DNA of 64,000 nt from Chrysomallon squamiferum (GCA_012295275.1 CM022672.1:19158001-19222000), one strand, 5' to 3'. Shown: positions 26,723 through 41,373, numbered from the stretch's first letter. Numbers and translations: made by a program. Notes: a model not told the origin generated them from the letters alone.

Positions 26723-29700
26723 TAATATTTATTATCAATTAATGAATAAATAAATGCTCAAATGACTGGGTTTTTTTTTGAATGTTCAAGTTACAATTTA
26801 AATATTTCTTGCATAAATTAAATAATTTTATGGTTAATTATGGTAAATTAACTATTCACTTGCATTTCTTTTAAATATTTTTTATCAATTAATTAATTAA
26901 TCAGTGAAGCATTGGAAATATTTTTACAACCAATGAAGGTTCAGTGTCAACGTTCTAGGCATATATACAATCTAGAAATCCTAGATGTCTGTAAAAAAAT
27001 GTGTTATTTTTGATAATTTTTGATATGTTAGGGATCTAAAAATAAACTAGTCTTACAGATCCACTTATAAGAAGAAGAATAAGTCACTACAGAATGTGGT
27101 CAGGTTCTTCCAGTTGTTAATGTTACATCCAACAGCAGTGACATAAATTCTGATTATCGATTTCTGAACTCACTTACTTGGATGGATAATATATTTTACA
27201 ATGGCATAATCACTGTAATGCATGGCTAATTATTTATCTGTTTTGTTTATTCATTCACCTTCATGTGTTTCATGATGGCTTATCAAAGTGCAGTAAAGGC
27301 TTATTGTTCGTCAAAGTCTTATATTACATATATTTAGTTACGTTAACTAATATTTTTACAATGGTCTATTCACTGTCATATTAAGGCTGCTTGTTTATCA
27401 GCTGCTTGATACAACTTCAGTTTTTTTTTAAATATATAAACTATTATTAAGCCCCCAAAAAATAAAAAAAATAATAATAATGAAACACCCACAAACCCTT
27501 TAACCCACCTCACATGCTAAAAGGGTGTTTAATTATTAATCCCGAAAATCATTCGCTGATAAAGCTGTAAACTAGCAGAGAAGATAAATTCATGCAGCAG
27601 AAATTTCTGTGTTAGAAGAACCACTCACCGGTAAGGTATAAAAACTCTGACAGCATGAAAACATAAAATTAATGATAATATATTAAATACACAATCTGGG
27701 GCTCCAGTAAAAAAAAAAAAAAAAAGAAAAAAAGAAAAAGTAGTAGTTATATATAAAATGATATTGTTTTTGTTGTTATTTTTTTTTTTTTTAAGTAATT
27801 AAGGATGTTACTATCAAGTTATTGATAAGACAACACACACATATATATATATAATTAAGTGGTTCTTAGATGTGAATATCAGAATTTATTAAATACATAC
27901 CAGATGAATACAAAATATTCAACAGGCAACAGATGACTACAACACTGCCACATAATAAATTTCATCTTTAAGAAATTAAACATAAGTATCACATGAGATA
28001 CATAAGATTTGGAATATCTGGATCACTGCCACATGATAAATAGTTATCATCAATAAATACGCACACAAACACACACACAAACACACATTAAATATATTTA
28101 ATATCAGTTTCCAGTTGTATAATATATAAGAATCAAATGGATGTGAAATTGGAATTTTTCCAACTTAAAAAATATTAAACAGATATAATTAATATTAAAA
28201 CTTCTGAATAGATGTAAAATATCCAGGATATTACCACAGTCTAAATGTGTTTAATATCAGTGATCAGAAAGAAATATGCATTCAACTGTAAGATGTTATA
28301 AGCCATGAAATGCCAAGGATATATTACAAATGAATGTGAAGTCTCGGGAAACTTTATATATAACAACATGATTATTTAACCAAGAATTGTAGTACAAAGT
28401 ATAATGGGGAATCACGAGGAATCAAACACACACACACGCACATCCAGAATAAAGTACATTCAACCAGGTAAATTATAAAATATCAAATCAAAAACATTCA
28501 GCAGTACACAAGCACATTATAAATAAATAAATATCAAGATCTCATAAGGCTAGCATTTATAGTTACAAACATATTCAGTAAGAAGTATAAATAAATAGTA
28601 AATCTGAAGATGTCACCATTCTTTTAGAAGATATTTTAGGACTCTGTCATATTATAATTAAATACATGTTCAGAAAGTCATACATATGATATACAGTTAA
28701 GACACTTAAACAAGACATGACAAAGAGAAATATATGGAACCCAGAAACAAACACACAGGTACAGATATTAGAGTATATAATATATTGCAACAGAAAGCAT
28801 TACAAAACAAGTGCTAAATAAACACTGCAATGTTGTATCGTGCCATCACAAAGTATGTGAGAGCTCTTAGTTGAAGTTACAGAAATTGAACAAAAGTATT
28901 CAAAATACAACAGTGTGAATGAGTTAACAGAGAGAACATTTTAAACAAAAGAGCTTACTTGATACTGTTGATATGTGAAGGAAAATAAAAAAAATATATA
29001 AAAAAAGACAAAAAAATACACCAACACATGAACAATAAAGAAAAGTAATGTCCGGAATTGGTAAGTGAGATTTCAAACAATAATTCACAACTATGTTTTT
29101 CAGTTCTTTCTATAGGAAAACATTGTTACAGTGTAACAGTTTTAATATTACATAATCTAGAGATATTAATAGAAAGTATGGTATGGTAGTTATTTTTTAC
29201 ATCTGTTACTAATATACTATATAGCAGTCTGTTTAATAATTAAAACACAAAGCCGATAATGCAATCGTCACAAGACACGAAATAACATTCAAAATAAAAA
29301 TAACATTTAAATCTTTTCTAAAAAAAACAACTAATAACTTCTTGATACAGCTACCAGTCAACAGTGAGGTGGTGATAATAATTTGTATTTTTTTCAATTC
29401 TCGTAACTAGCGATTTTAATTAATTATTTTTATTTTTATTAATATTTTTATTTTTTTATTAAATGTTAAAAGCTCAAAACAAAAGCTTAAAAAATAATAA
29501 TAAATGTCAGAGCTTACCTGGACATTTCCCCATTCATCTGGTTGTGATGTGGCCTGAAAGTGAACTATCACATTAGGGTTATGCATCACTATCGTTTCTT
29601 CTCCTGGAAATTCAAGACGCTTGTGCCACGTGTTGTAAACAACAGCTTTCTTATACTCATCCTTTGAAAATAAATTATAACAGTATGAACAAACAGATTA

Positions 29701-32700
29701 ACATATTTTGTCCTCTTTCAGGTCAGTTTTTTTTCTTAGCATCCCTATTTTGCTCACAATAACAAATGACAATGGACATAATTCCTGATCTGCTAATGAT
29801 ACCATTTCTTCACAATGTTTATTCAGTTTTTCAGGTTTATTTTAATATTTCTGTTTTCAAAATATTAATAATTAAGTCTTTACTTATTTATTATTCTGGC
29901 ATTTTATTTTCACACTTTATTAAAAAAAAATATATATATATATATACATATATTTATTATTATTTCTGCCTAAGACTGTGAACAAATATGTATGTATGTG
30001 TATATATATATTTCTCCATAAATAATAACTAATAACTGAAAATAAATAAAAATTCAAATAAATTGTTTTAATGGTGTTTGTGAGGTTTTATTGTTTGTTG
30101 GCAGGTGTGTTTTTTTGGGGGGGGTTCTGTGTCAGCATTTTTTAACATAGAAGAATTTCAGTTTAAAACCTCAAGTTTATGAGCAAATTCTTCTGTATAT
30201 GGCACAAATCTGTTATCTCCTTCCCTCTTGTAGAACCAGGTACATCTCCGCACTGTTGTTGGCTCCTCTTCCCAGTAAATGGCGTGACGAGTACGGTTTC
30301 CAACATTAACATCATATCGACCACCGTTTGTTGCTACAATTGTGTTTTCTGGGTTCTGACTGAGAGCTGAGAACAAATATAATTATATCATAAATTATGG
30401 AACTGATTGGGACATGCTGAGAAATGATATAAGATTTGAAAAATGTATGAAATAAGACTTAGCATGAAATGATCTTCAATACAATGGGATATCTCAATTA
30501 CAGGCTACCTTTATTAAATGGTACCTTATTATAAAAACACATAATAAATAAAATAATAATTAAATTAGAAGATTAGTGACCCATATCAAACTTTCAGTCA
30601 CCATTATGATCTAAGTGTTCTGTTCTCTGATACACATTTAAGTATTGATATAATAACTGTAACTGAATCTCAAACATATTCAATGTTATTAACAGAATTT
30701 ATGTTAAATAATTTTACATATTAAAACAGAAATGATCAAAAGGTTCTTAAACATCATACTTCTTAACTTACTGTTAGAATATGCATGCTCCAACTTCACA
30801 GTGTCAAGGAGAGAAAATGGATACCACACATCTTTTGACTCTACAATCTTACAGAAGCACCAATGAGCCTGTACTGGCTGGTAACCAGCTGCCTGTGCTA
30901 AAGCCTGTCCTTGGTACTGTGGAAGAAATGATTCACTTTCTGACTGCTTTGAGGCCATGGGTGGCACCAGAGCTGTTGGTGGCTGCTGAAAGGGCTGATG
31001 TGACATGGCTGTTGACTGGAACTGAGAGCCGACTGTTGGCGGCAGAGTGGGTGGAAGCTGCTGTGGCTGATGTAGCTGTGATGGTGAGGCGTATGTTCCA
31101 GATGGAGGTGCAGCGTAACGCATGCGACCAGTCTGGCGATAGATGTTTGTATTTCCCGATGTAGTTACTTAAAAAAACAAAAACAGAGGACGATTCTGAA
31201 ATAAATTTATGTCTCTATATGACTTATTAATTTGCTTTAAAAAACGCACAAACAGAGAAAATAAAAAAATTACTTGTAACATTTATATTCTTAAACTAAT
31301 TTAACACATAGATAACTATTATAAAAAAAAAAATTTAAATGAAAAATATAAATAAAAATTAATAAATTTCCAAATACTTTGTGTTTCAAGGTTGTAATAG
31401 AAATGCAGTTATTTCTCTTTTCCACAAAATAATAATTGAAAACCTACCAACAACTACTACAAACTCAGCCTATTACAGAATTCACATTTATTCCTTAGCG
31501 TGTTTTTAGAAATAAACAGTATGTATTTATGGGTATGTCAGAGTGGTATACGTATGCTAGTATACAAATATACCTGCAGTCAATCAATACTTATAACAAG
31601 GTTAATTGAGTTTTCACAAAATGTGATGACAGATGGTGAAGTGTCAGACACACATGTCACTTATTCAAGAGATTAAAGTGAGTACATGTATGCAGCTAGT
31701 TTGTAAATTAAATTTCATCAAAACTGAATATTTGTTTTAAAAAAATCATTGCAGTGTACATTAACATTAACAGCTAACTGGTGTCAAATGAATATTTTTC
31801 TTATAATAATTATAAGAGAAAAGAAACATGCTGACTTAGACCACATACATAAACAAACCAGCTAAGAGCACTATAGGTTGAACAATTCAAAGGTATTGCA
31901 TAATGATAATTTGGATGTGTTTTTCTTGTTTTATTTAATTAAATTATTGCCATCAATAATTTTAAGATATTTTTCTATTGTCATGAAAGCATAGCATTTT
32001 AAATGTGTGTGTTTGTGTATGTCAGTCAGTCAGTCTGTCTGTGTGTATCAGTTACTCATCAGTTGATGCCTTGAAGACAAATAGTCTTGTTAGTGCTCCT
32101 CCATAGAAGTGTAATCTCAGTTTTGATGTAGATATGCTTTCATGCATTTTTACATACATTGTTTTCCATTTTCATGAACTTTTGATATTATTACAAATTT
32201 TGATATTATTAGTTTAATTTGTTATTAACTTTTATATATATATATATATATATTACTGAAAAATGGATGCTGAAGATTAACCAGTACTCAGCTTTATGGA
32301 CTTTCTAATGATATTAAAGTAAAATGTCAAAATAAATATTTATTATCTGCTCAATAGTAAAACTCCAGAAAGAAAATAAGAAATTTCTAATTAAATATTA
32401 AACTAAAAATAGTTAATCAGTAAATTACTGAGGTAAGAATATTTATTTTGGTCTTGAGTACCAAACATTAAGCTTTAATTAGAGTAATTCCTTATGATTC
32501 ACTTACAATAATCCTCATCATTTTTTTTTTTTTCCTGATGGTTTGAGCTACACCAAAACAAGTTACAATTTCAGTTCATATAAAAATTGAACATATTTTA
32601 TTTTTTCAAAACGAAATTTCAATTAAAATAAATAATATTAAAGTACATTTACAATGGATAAAATAAATATATTTGGTATTTTTTCATTTGATTGGGTTTT

Positions 32701-35035
32701 TTCACATTGAACCAACTTTTATTTCAAATAAAGAAATAATAAACAGCATTCATTTTTTCATAATTTTTATCATGTTCATATTATTACCAATCATCTTCAG
32801 TGTACACATCAGTTACCTAAATATAATGAATGATTTACCAAATGGTGTTTGTATTGGCCTTTTTTACTTCTATGAGTGTACATATAATTTCTCTGACTTG
32901 CAGTCAACAATATGTCATTAAATCAATACACTATTTCACACCATCAAGGTACTTTAACAAAAAGAAAAGAAAAAGAAAAGAAATTTTAAAAAATACAGCA
33001 ACAAGTAATCTGTGAGAATAATCATTCTTAGCCAGCACTTCTTAAAATATTTTGGTGTCATTCAATCTCAAGTCTTTATCACCTCATTTCATTCATTCCC
33101 GATGACATTTTAAAATCCTAAAAGGATGATAATAAAGACAATTAACACAGCAAAACTGTTTAATTTTTTTTTCAGCTGACACAAAATAATTAATAATGAT
33201 CTTAAAACTTAGAATCATTTTATGCCTTCATTTCATTTACAGAAAAAAAAAATTATCTGAGCAAATTAAAACATTTCCCCTAAAATAATTTCAGTCTCAC
33301 TCATATGAACCATTCCCCAGTTTAAGAAGCACTGCTCTAGCAGATGTACCTGAAGGAGGAGGACCTGTACCAGAGAAAGGGGGGTGAGCATCCAGCTGAG
33401 GTGGAGGTGGATAAGAAGTAAAACCTGGTGTGGCACCTGGCACACTGGTTGTGGGTGCAAAATGCAACAAAGTTTCTGAAGGCTGACTTAAAGGTGGAGG
33501 TTGACTTATCTGGCTGAATGGGTCATTCCCTGCAGACGTTGGAACTTGGTCAAAAAAGGTCACTGATCCTGGCTGGACAGGTCCAGCATGTGGTGGTGGA
33601 GTCTGACCAACAAAACTGTCTGCCTCGCCCTCTTCATCTGAAACAACAAACTGATATTAATTATCAAGTAACATAATGAAAACAGAAACCATGATAAACA
33701 AAATGGTTGTTGTTAATAAACTGCAGTGCAGATTTCTGTTTGTAATGCATATGTGGCATAAAGAAAACACATACTATGATAAAAGAAATGATTGACGATT
33801 TATTCAGTCTATAAAACACTATACCTAAATATGTTACTGTAATTTTGTTTTTAACAATGTAGACATATATTTTCAATTTTATTTTTTATTATTGCTAGTT
33901 TTGTATTTTTAAAATATACTGAAGCACTGATATCATGTTTAAATTCTTTGTTAAATAATGCACTTTAAACCAGAATCAGTGGCTTTCTTTCATACCGATA
34001 ATAGATGTTAGCCTATGTAAAATTTATGATAATACATATTATAATTTGAAAAGACATTTTATTACTGACTTTTGCATTTAATACTATTAAGCAGTTTATA
34101 AAAATATAATGAAATGTTTCAAAATTAAAATTTTATCACTGAAACAAAATATGCTGTAATGAAGCAGTAATTTTGGAAATTATGTTGCACTAATGTGTAT
34201 TTATAGTGATTTGAACATGCATCAAATAAATAATTAAAATATATATATCTGTTCCATACATCCTTAAAAGCATTTAATATTATTCCTCTTTGTTATCACT
34301 AATGAAAATGATAATTAAAAAAGCACAATATCTCAAATGTACACAAAAAATATTTAGACCATTTGTATACACCACCACGAAATTTTTTAGTTTTAAGTAA
34401 CTGTCTTGGTTTCACTTTCAGCTTACTGGTAGTTTTAGTACTTTAAATGTATCAATGTTTATTTTTTTACAAACACTGAAATCAAAGACAATAACTGAAT
34501 AAGCTGACAAATCTGTTTCTACTTCTTCTTTAAACAGTCTCATTGATAAATAAATATGCTTGTTAGAGATCAGTCATTCCATTATTTCAGTTACATGTCA
34601 TCAGCCATGACAGATAATAAAAATTAATTCATAATTGTATTAAACATTTAACTTTTAAAACTATTTAACTATCAATTTAATATTTTATTATAACTGAAAT
34701 TATCAAAAACAATCAACTTAAATATTCAATTCAGGTATTTTTAATCTCAGAAACCAAGAAAGGATCTAAACATCAAAATAATGAGCTAATCAGAATGCGT
34801 AAATGTGAGGAGCTGCACATGCAGACAGTGGAGTGGGGTGAGCAGAAAACAGATGGAACGGGTGACATCCTCAATATAATTTCATTTATTTACCTGGTTC
34901 CAAAAGTGACGGTTCAGAAAGTACCACAGGCATTAAGACATTAGGTTGTTCCGGGGGATTTAAAGTTAGTCCACCACCGGCTGGCATAAGTAAGAGAGGT
35001 GGTGGAGTGGTGTCTTTCTTGCCACGGTCGGCCAT
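16403..35035 (-). CDS. SEC23IP: SEC23-interacting protein / DDHD2-family intracellular phospholipase A1 (20 coding exons, 1058 aa)
   Basis: Exons 34894-35035, 33350-33637, 30772-31167, 30170-30366, 29518-29661, 24979-25042, 24540-24629, 23858-23999, 23487-23589, 22779-22884, 22120-22289, 21473-21583, 20841-20936, 20285-20397, 19575-19794, 19110-19121, 18619-18712, 18031-18231, 17241-17379, 16403-16751; total 3177 nt, all GT-AG and in phase. Pro-rich N-terminus, WWE-like [25 protein letters not shown], lipase GHSLG, SAM ([15 protein letters not shown]) and DDHD ([42 protein letters not shown]). Confidence 0.95.
19110..19121 (-). other. SEC23IP: 12-nt coding microexon (YDPV) of SEC23IP
   Basis: tttaacAG|TATGATCCTGTG|GTAAGT. 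Needed to complete the conserved HP-YDPV-AYRLEP motif. Confidence 0.93.
26308..26319 (-). other. Candidate alternative 12-nt microexon (HDRQ) in SEC23IP intron 5
   Basis: catgctatttctgtggctttttacatctgacAG|CATGACAGGCAG|GTAACA; phase 0, no stop. Confidence 0.5.
27629..27646 (-). other. Candidate alternative 18-nt microexon (SFYTLP) in SEC23IP intron 5
   Basis: ttttatgttttcaTGCtgtcAG|AGTTTTTATACCTTACCG|GTGAGT; phase 0, no stop; TGCATG about 35 nt downstream. Confidence 0.62.
28959..28964 (-). other. Candidate alternative 6-nt microexon (YQ) in SEC23IP intron 5
   Basis: tttttttattttccttcacatatcaacAG|TATCAA|GTAAGC; phase 0, no stop. Confidence 0.55.
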
Positions 35036-35039
35036 AACA

Positions 35040-35130
35040 CGTCAGATAACGGAAGTGCACTACCGGTCACATGCCAAAGAAACAAAAGGGAGATAAACCC
35101 ATCTACAAAATCCGTTTTAAGACGACACAG
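35040..35130 (-). promoter_or_regulatory. Probable SEC23IP core promoter / TSS region
   Basis: CpG-rich patch with an ETS-type CGGAAGTG (35050-35057) and AAGGGAGATAA (35086-35096) directly upstream of the ATG. Confidence 0.5.
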
Positions 35131-37133
35131 AAAAGAAGTTAATCTTGCAAAAGTCTCTGTTTTTCACAAAAAGACTTTAGTCACCGTTTTAATTATAATT
35201 TTCATCATTTATAAATAAAAAAAATATGTCAGGACATAATCACCAGCTATAACAAAGTAACGTCTTTTCCCTTTATTAGATACTAAATAATTAAATTGAA
35301 TCGCTATAAATTATAATAATGAAAATGAAAAACGACAAATCAGAACAAATAGTATTTGTTTTAATTAATTTAGAGAAACTATTAAATGGATGTATTCGAT
35401 ATATATATTTTTTACATAACTTTTTTTTTTTTTTTTTTTTGGTATCGGAGAAATTAACAAACACAATTATAAGGTCAGCTATAATTACATTTAATAATGT
35501 CACCTCGAGATGAAAGTTGACCCCAATTATTCAGCAGCGGCGATTTAATTCAAATTAAATATGGACTCCTGCTTAATCAAGTCTTAAAGAATAGATTTAT
35601 GAATAATTATCAAGGTCAGATGATGTGTTTATTTTTTTTTTTTTTTTTTTTTTATTACTAAGACAAATCTTTACATACATAATGAAACTGTAATTAGCAA
35701 AATGTTCAGAAAGATCAAAAGTATTATACATACGATCAGACAGTTTCCATTACTTTTGCTTTAGAGTAAAATAGCAAACTGCACCCATGAGAAGCACAGA
35801 AAAAACCACCTACCTGTTCACTGGTTTGGGTCAAGATTGATCTGTAATAAACTAATCTCGGTTAATCCATGAATGCTTTTGTTAAGAATGTGATCATAAA
35901 ATACTGTGTTCAGCAGCTTAAATATTATATTACTCAGAAATTATGTTACACACACACACACAAAAAGAAATTGCAGATATAATTTATTTGTTAAACTTAT
36001 TTGAATTTTGGCCTTACAAATGGACAAAATAAAAAAGTAATTATTGGGAGCTAATAATGTAACAAACATTTGTGAATAATATATGCATCACTTTATCAAA
36101 AACCATGTATCAAATATATTCAGTAAATGAGTTTATAACAGACTTTGCTTTAATAATTTTATAACAGACTAATCATTTGTTTTTGTCTGCAATAATTTTG
36201 AATAATTTTGCATCATCATTTTTGAGATGAATCGACCTAGTAATAATTGAAAATAAGCTTTAAGGAAGTGCAGTGTATGACTGCTGTCATCTGTAAAATT
36301 TTAACTGTTAAAATATACAAAACTCTTCAGCTATATGTTTGTTTAATATATTCAGTATAGTACATTGGCATGTTTCCCCCCACCCCAAGTGTTAAACTAA
36401 AAGATAACAAAAAATTAAATGATGTATTTTATCAAGTTCCTTCCACATCACCCTCTCAGGTTTTTCTGAAAACTGGTTTTTAGGGTAATTGTGGCTGATG
36501 AAGCTCATGTAACAACTTACATTCAGATCACTCCAATTTTTTATATTTTAAAACATGAAGAGGTGAATTTTTATACAAATCCATTTCAAGATCATGGGAT
36601 CTACAAGGTCAAAATGCTTGCTGAGTTATGGTTATTTGAATGCAGGTTTGTCACATCCATTTTTGTCAAAACTTTCAAAACTGAAAGGCCCATGTCTCAG
36701 AAATCATTTGTCCTATCATGCCAAAAAATAAATATCAGCTTCTTCAGCCCAAATTATCCTAAACAGAAATTTTCATCAAAATGGGAATGGTGAGGTTTCA
36801 TTTTCCTATTATTTGTGTGATATGAAATGACTTGTCAATACTTAATTGTTTATTAATCAGCAAAACAATCTAATTGTAGAAAATAAAAAAGAGGTAATAT
36901 TTAGCAAAAGTGTTTTACCTTTCTCATAAGGACTGATTAAAAACAGAACAAAAACATTTTTTAATTCTTCATTTTTTTAATCCTTTGTTCTTTTTTAAAA
37001 TTCATTCATGTATGAATGAAGGAAATTACATAAACATGAAATTCTTATCCCTATAAATCATTAAAAAAAAAAAAACTTTTACTAAATCTAAAATTAGCTT
37101 TACATAAAAACTGTTCATTTCCACTGTAACATT

Positions 37134-37905
37134 TCAAGTTTTTGTTTCTTGTTTTTCTGTTTCTTCATTAGCTTCTGTAGAAGTAACAACTTCAGTTACT
37201 GTTTTAGCTTCTTCTTCCTTATTTTCTTCTTTGTCTTCTTTGTCTTCTTTTGTCGGTTGAACTGATTCAGAAACAGGCTTTTCATCAGCATCTTTATTTC
37301 GATTTTTGATACTTTGCAAAACTGCAGCCTAAAAAAAAAGTTTAAAACGAAATATGCAAATTTTATTTTATTATATATTTGTTTTGATATTAATTATGTG
37401 CAATAAGTTCTCTGCACTGTTGTTGTTTAAAATAACAATACTGCTGTTTCTAACAGAATTTTTAATAATGAAGTTAATGAACAAGACAATCCTAACACCA
37501 TATTAACATGATATTTAGTAGTTTGTTTCAGCTGATAAAGATACTTTGTTATAATTATTATAATGTGAAACTTTTATTACATCACTGTGTTATTAATGGT
37601 CATCACTGTGTCTATTTCTTAAATCTATCAGTTTGTGTTGCATAGAATTTATACAGAAAAACCTATGAATTATATGGTGAAAAATGTGGTGCATGGTAAC
37701 TCCATGGATGAATGGAACTTAAGTGTTTAATATGTTTTGAAGTACAAACCTTCCACTTGTCATAATGTGTTTTCAGGCTGGCATGCTGAACTTTGGCAGA
37801 ATGCTCATTTTGGTAAAACTTGTTACATAGTTTACAGTAAAATCCTTGAACATTTACAATGTATCTATCACCTACAAAATACAGATATAAATAAATAAAT
37901 CAGTA

Positions 37906-37945
<40 letters not shown>

Positions 37946-40900
37946 TGTATATATATAGACAGATATTTGTTTAATTCTTGAATGAAAACCAGGAGATTCA
38001 TACAGACCACATATTAAGCACAATATAAATTAAATCTCTTATACATCACACAGCATTTCTTTTCCTAACCCTTTTTGACCATATTCAGACACACATATGC
38101 ATGATTAATGTATATTTGTGTACATTAGTTTTATAAGTCTGTAGCAAAAAGTAAAACACAAAGCATTAGTTTTAAATATATCTCCAGTAGAACAAGAAGA
38201 ATGTACATAAATATTTGAACTAACATTTATACAAAAAATTCTGTTCCCAAGAATTTGGGTTTGTTTTAATAAAAAAAAATGTCCACTCACCTATAGGTTT
38301 AGCAGGATCATGATCTGGAATATCTTCCTAAAAAAAATGAAAAGATGTGTATCTTAAATAGTTTTGAAAATATTTTTAAAATGAAAACAATCTTCATAAT
38401 TAAACTATGAGTTGAAAGGTTAAAGAATGAATACTTACAGGTTTTGTATATTCAGCCTTTACTTTCTTTAAGGAACTACCTTTCTTTTTATCCTTCGTAA
38501 AAAAAAAAAAAAAAAAAAAAAAGTTTTTTAATTTTGTTATATATATTAATCATGTTAAATATTTATTATGGCAGGATGATAAACAAAAATTTGTTCTTAT
38601 TTTTAACACAAAGGTGTGTGTTTGTATTAAAAGAACATACTTCAAAATAATGTATGATTTAAAATTTAATTTTTTATATTAATTTTACATCACAGACCTA
38701 ATTCACACATGCCAATATTAATTATTTATTAATTCATATTGCAGTATATTTTCGACACCATTAGAATATTAAAATTAGTTTAGTAGTTTTTTTTTAAATA
38801 ATAACATTTCTTGATGGTTTTATACAAAAGTATTTATTATTTTTTATAATAATGATAATAAAACAAGCTTACATTTTCATGGTTTTTCATAGAATCTTTT
38901 TGTCTGCATTAAAAAAGTTTAAAAAAATTAATAATGCAATACTAGTTCTAACTATAAGCATTTAAAAATTCTTATCAACAAATGCAGAATTAATACATGG
39001 ATACACATTGTTGTAATTATTAAGTTCTAAAGTTTCAGTTGAAATATTTGAAATAACTCCTATACTTAAAATATAAGATTTACAAAAAAATAATAAATCC
39101 AATAAAAAGTGTAAAGTAATTTTTCTTCAAAAATTCTAAATGATTAAAATATTAGTAAAGAATGGTAGGTTTTTTATGCTGATTTCTAAACAATTTTATT
39201 TCCCTCACAAAATCAACTGTTTGAAAATCTACAAAGGCACATATATTTTTAAAACTTAATTGTGAAGCATTACCAAATAATGAAATGTAGTTTAATAATA
39301 TTTACCTAGTCTCTGAATGTTGACTACCTAATCCTCTTCGAAGCCCTGTTTATTAAATTTAAAAATCATTCTGTTATATTCACTGCTGAATTATAGAAAT
39401 GCAACAAATCAAAATATTATTATTAGTAGTAGTAGTATTCAACAAAATCCTTGTAAATACATGAAAATATATGTAGCAAAAATTAAAATTTGAATCATTT
39501 TAACCTGAAAAGTCATTTTTCAAACTGTGAAATAAGTTAAAAAATTCATAAAATTTAATGATAAATTTTAAGAATTTTGTCAAATATCCATTAATTCAAA
39601 TTAAAATTACGTTTCAATAAAGTATCAAAAGGATGTTTAATATTCCAGCTCAATTTATTTGTCTGATGATTTATGTCAAAAGAATGTATTGTACCTCTAC
39701 CTCTGACATTTCCCCTCTGACCTCGACCTCTGTAATCACTATGGCGAATGGATGTGCCATGGTGAACTAAAGACTGTAAACATTCAGAAATAGAGATACA
39801 TGAAATAATCATCACAAAAGCAAATGTTTATTAATTACAGGATCATTTCTAAAAATAAAATAATCCTGAGCACTACTAAAATGCAATGAAATAACTTCAT
39901 GCCATCTTGATAGTACATGAAATTGTGTTTATGAACAATCATTAAATAATGGACTTAACAGTGGTGCTCATCTTTAAATTATGTTCAATTACATAATATG
40001 AGAGTGTATTTTCATTTGGCTGAAAGATTATAACAGTTTATAACAATGGTTCTGCTTCAGTATAAAAGAATAAAGAAACAGAAACAATAGTTCTCTCGAG
40101 ATTTTACCTATCCTAACAGACAATGTTACTGGCTGCAAACATTTGATAAATTTACAATAAACAATGACTGCAACAAAAGTAGGAGATTTTGGCACAACAA
40201 ATTATTATCCTAACGTTCATAATCTGCTCTGCAGAAGAAATCATAAGTCATTGCTTTAAAAAATCATGGAAACAGAAGAAATACTAATTATTACAACTAT
40301 CTTTAATAAATAATAAATGATACTGATTTTTTTTTATTCTAGAAATGACAGTGTTTTAATATTTAATAAAAGAAATAAATTTAAAAATTATAAATACTGA
40401 TGAAGTGTATCGAAGTCTTTTAAGTGGGAAGTCGCCACTTCTAACGCTTCTTCGTTTTATTGCATAAAGGAGAGATGAGTCCCTTCTGCCTGGGACTGGT
40501 CTCCTATTAAGTGCTCCTCCAACTCGAGCCAGTAGCTGTGTCTGCTCCTTCAGTAAGTTGCTTGTCAGTGCCAGTTGTGTTTCACGCATACGAAGCTGCT
40601 CTTCAAGCTGTCGAGTGTTAAAACCTCTTCCCATGTCATCAGGGTTCATAGCATTCGAACCCATAGGTCCTTCTGAAGAACTGAGTAGGCCTGAACCACC
40701 CATGAGTCTGTTTGGTCCTCCATAGAATCCAGATGATCCCATGGGTGGCATATCATCAAATCTGTAGTTTAAATCTTCACGTCTAGCATTTCCTCTAAAA
40801 CCATTATCATCCTAAAAAAAATATTGTTATACATGATAATTCTACATACAACTTACATTTAAAGACAATTAACATTTATTGTATCAAATTATAATAAATA

Positions 40901-41373
40901 TATATTTCACCAAGAGATAAAAACCAGTACCAAATACACAAAATTCTAATCAGAAAAAAGTATAAATAAAAAAATATACATAATGATTACTTAAAGTATA
41001 TTTCCAAAGAATCTCTAAGAATAGAAAGCTTTCCAAATATTTCAGTATTTAAAACTATATACAGAAATGTAATTCTATCATTAACAGTTAAACCCTGAAA
41101 CTGACCGCACACAGTGAACAAGAAACATTAACTCTAAACCTGGATGGTAGTATCTTTGAAAGTACTACTATATAAACTTACAAGAAAAGAACTTCTACCA
41201 GACTGACTCCTAAATCTTTGCCCTCGTCTCATATGGCCTGGAGAATTTCTTCCAAAATCCTCTTCACCATAGTCATCATGTCGTCTTTGTTGAAAGTCTG
41301 GTCGATCTCTTTCTCTCTGTCGATACTGATCACTGTGAACTCTTCTTCCACCACCTCTAAATCCTCTTCCCAT
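37134..41373 (-). CDS. Matrin-type zinc-finger RNA/nuclear-matrix protein, Pep/CIZ1-like, paralogue A (9 coding exons, ~387 aa)
   Basis: Exons 41182-41373, 40398-40811, 39695-39773, 39306-39345, 38873-38903, 38439-38492, 38291-38327, 37750-37871, 37134-37328; total 1164 nt, in phase. RGG-rich N-terminus, QLALTSNLLKEQ helix, matrin finger EDIPDHDPAKPIGDRYIVNVQGFYCKLCNKFYQNEHSAKVQHASLKTHYDKWK, acidic tail. Confidence 0.88.

Noticed and set aside
30781-31164. 127-aa plus-strand ORF
   Set aside because: Antisense to the Pro/Gln-rich SEC23IP exon 3; no recognisable motif.
36491-36793. 100-aa plus-strand ORF between SEC23IP and paralogue A
   Set aside because: GTG start, no recognisable domain or splice context, and it lies antisense in the probable 3'UTR of paralogue A.
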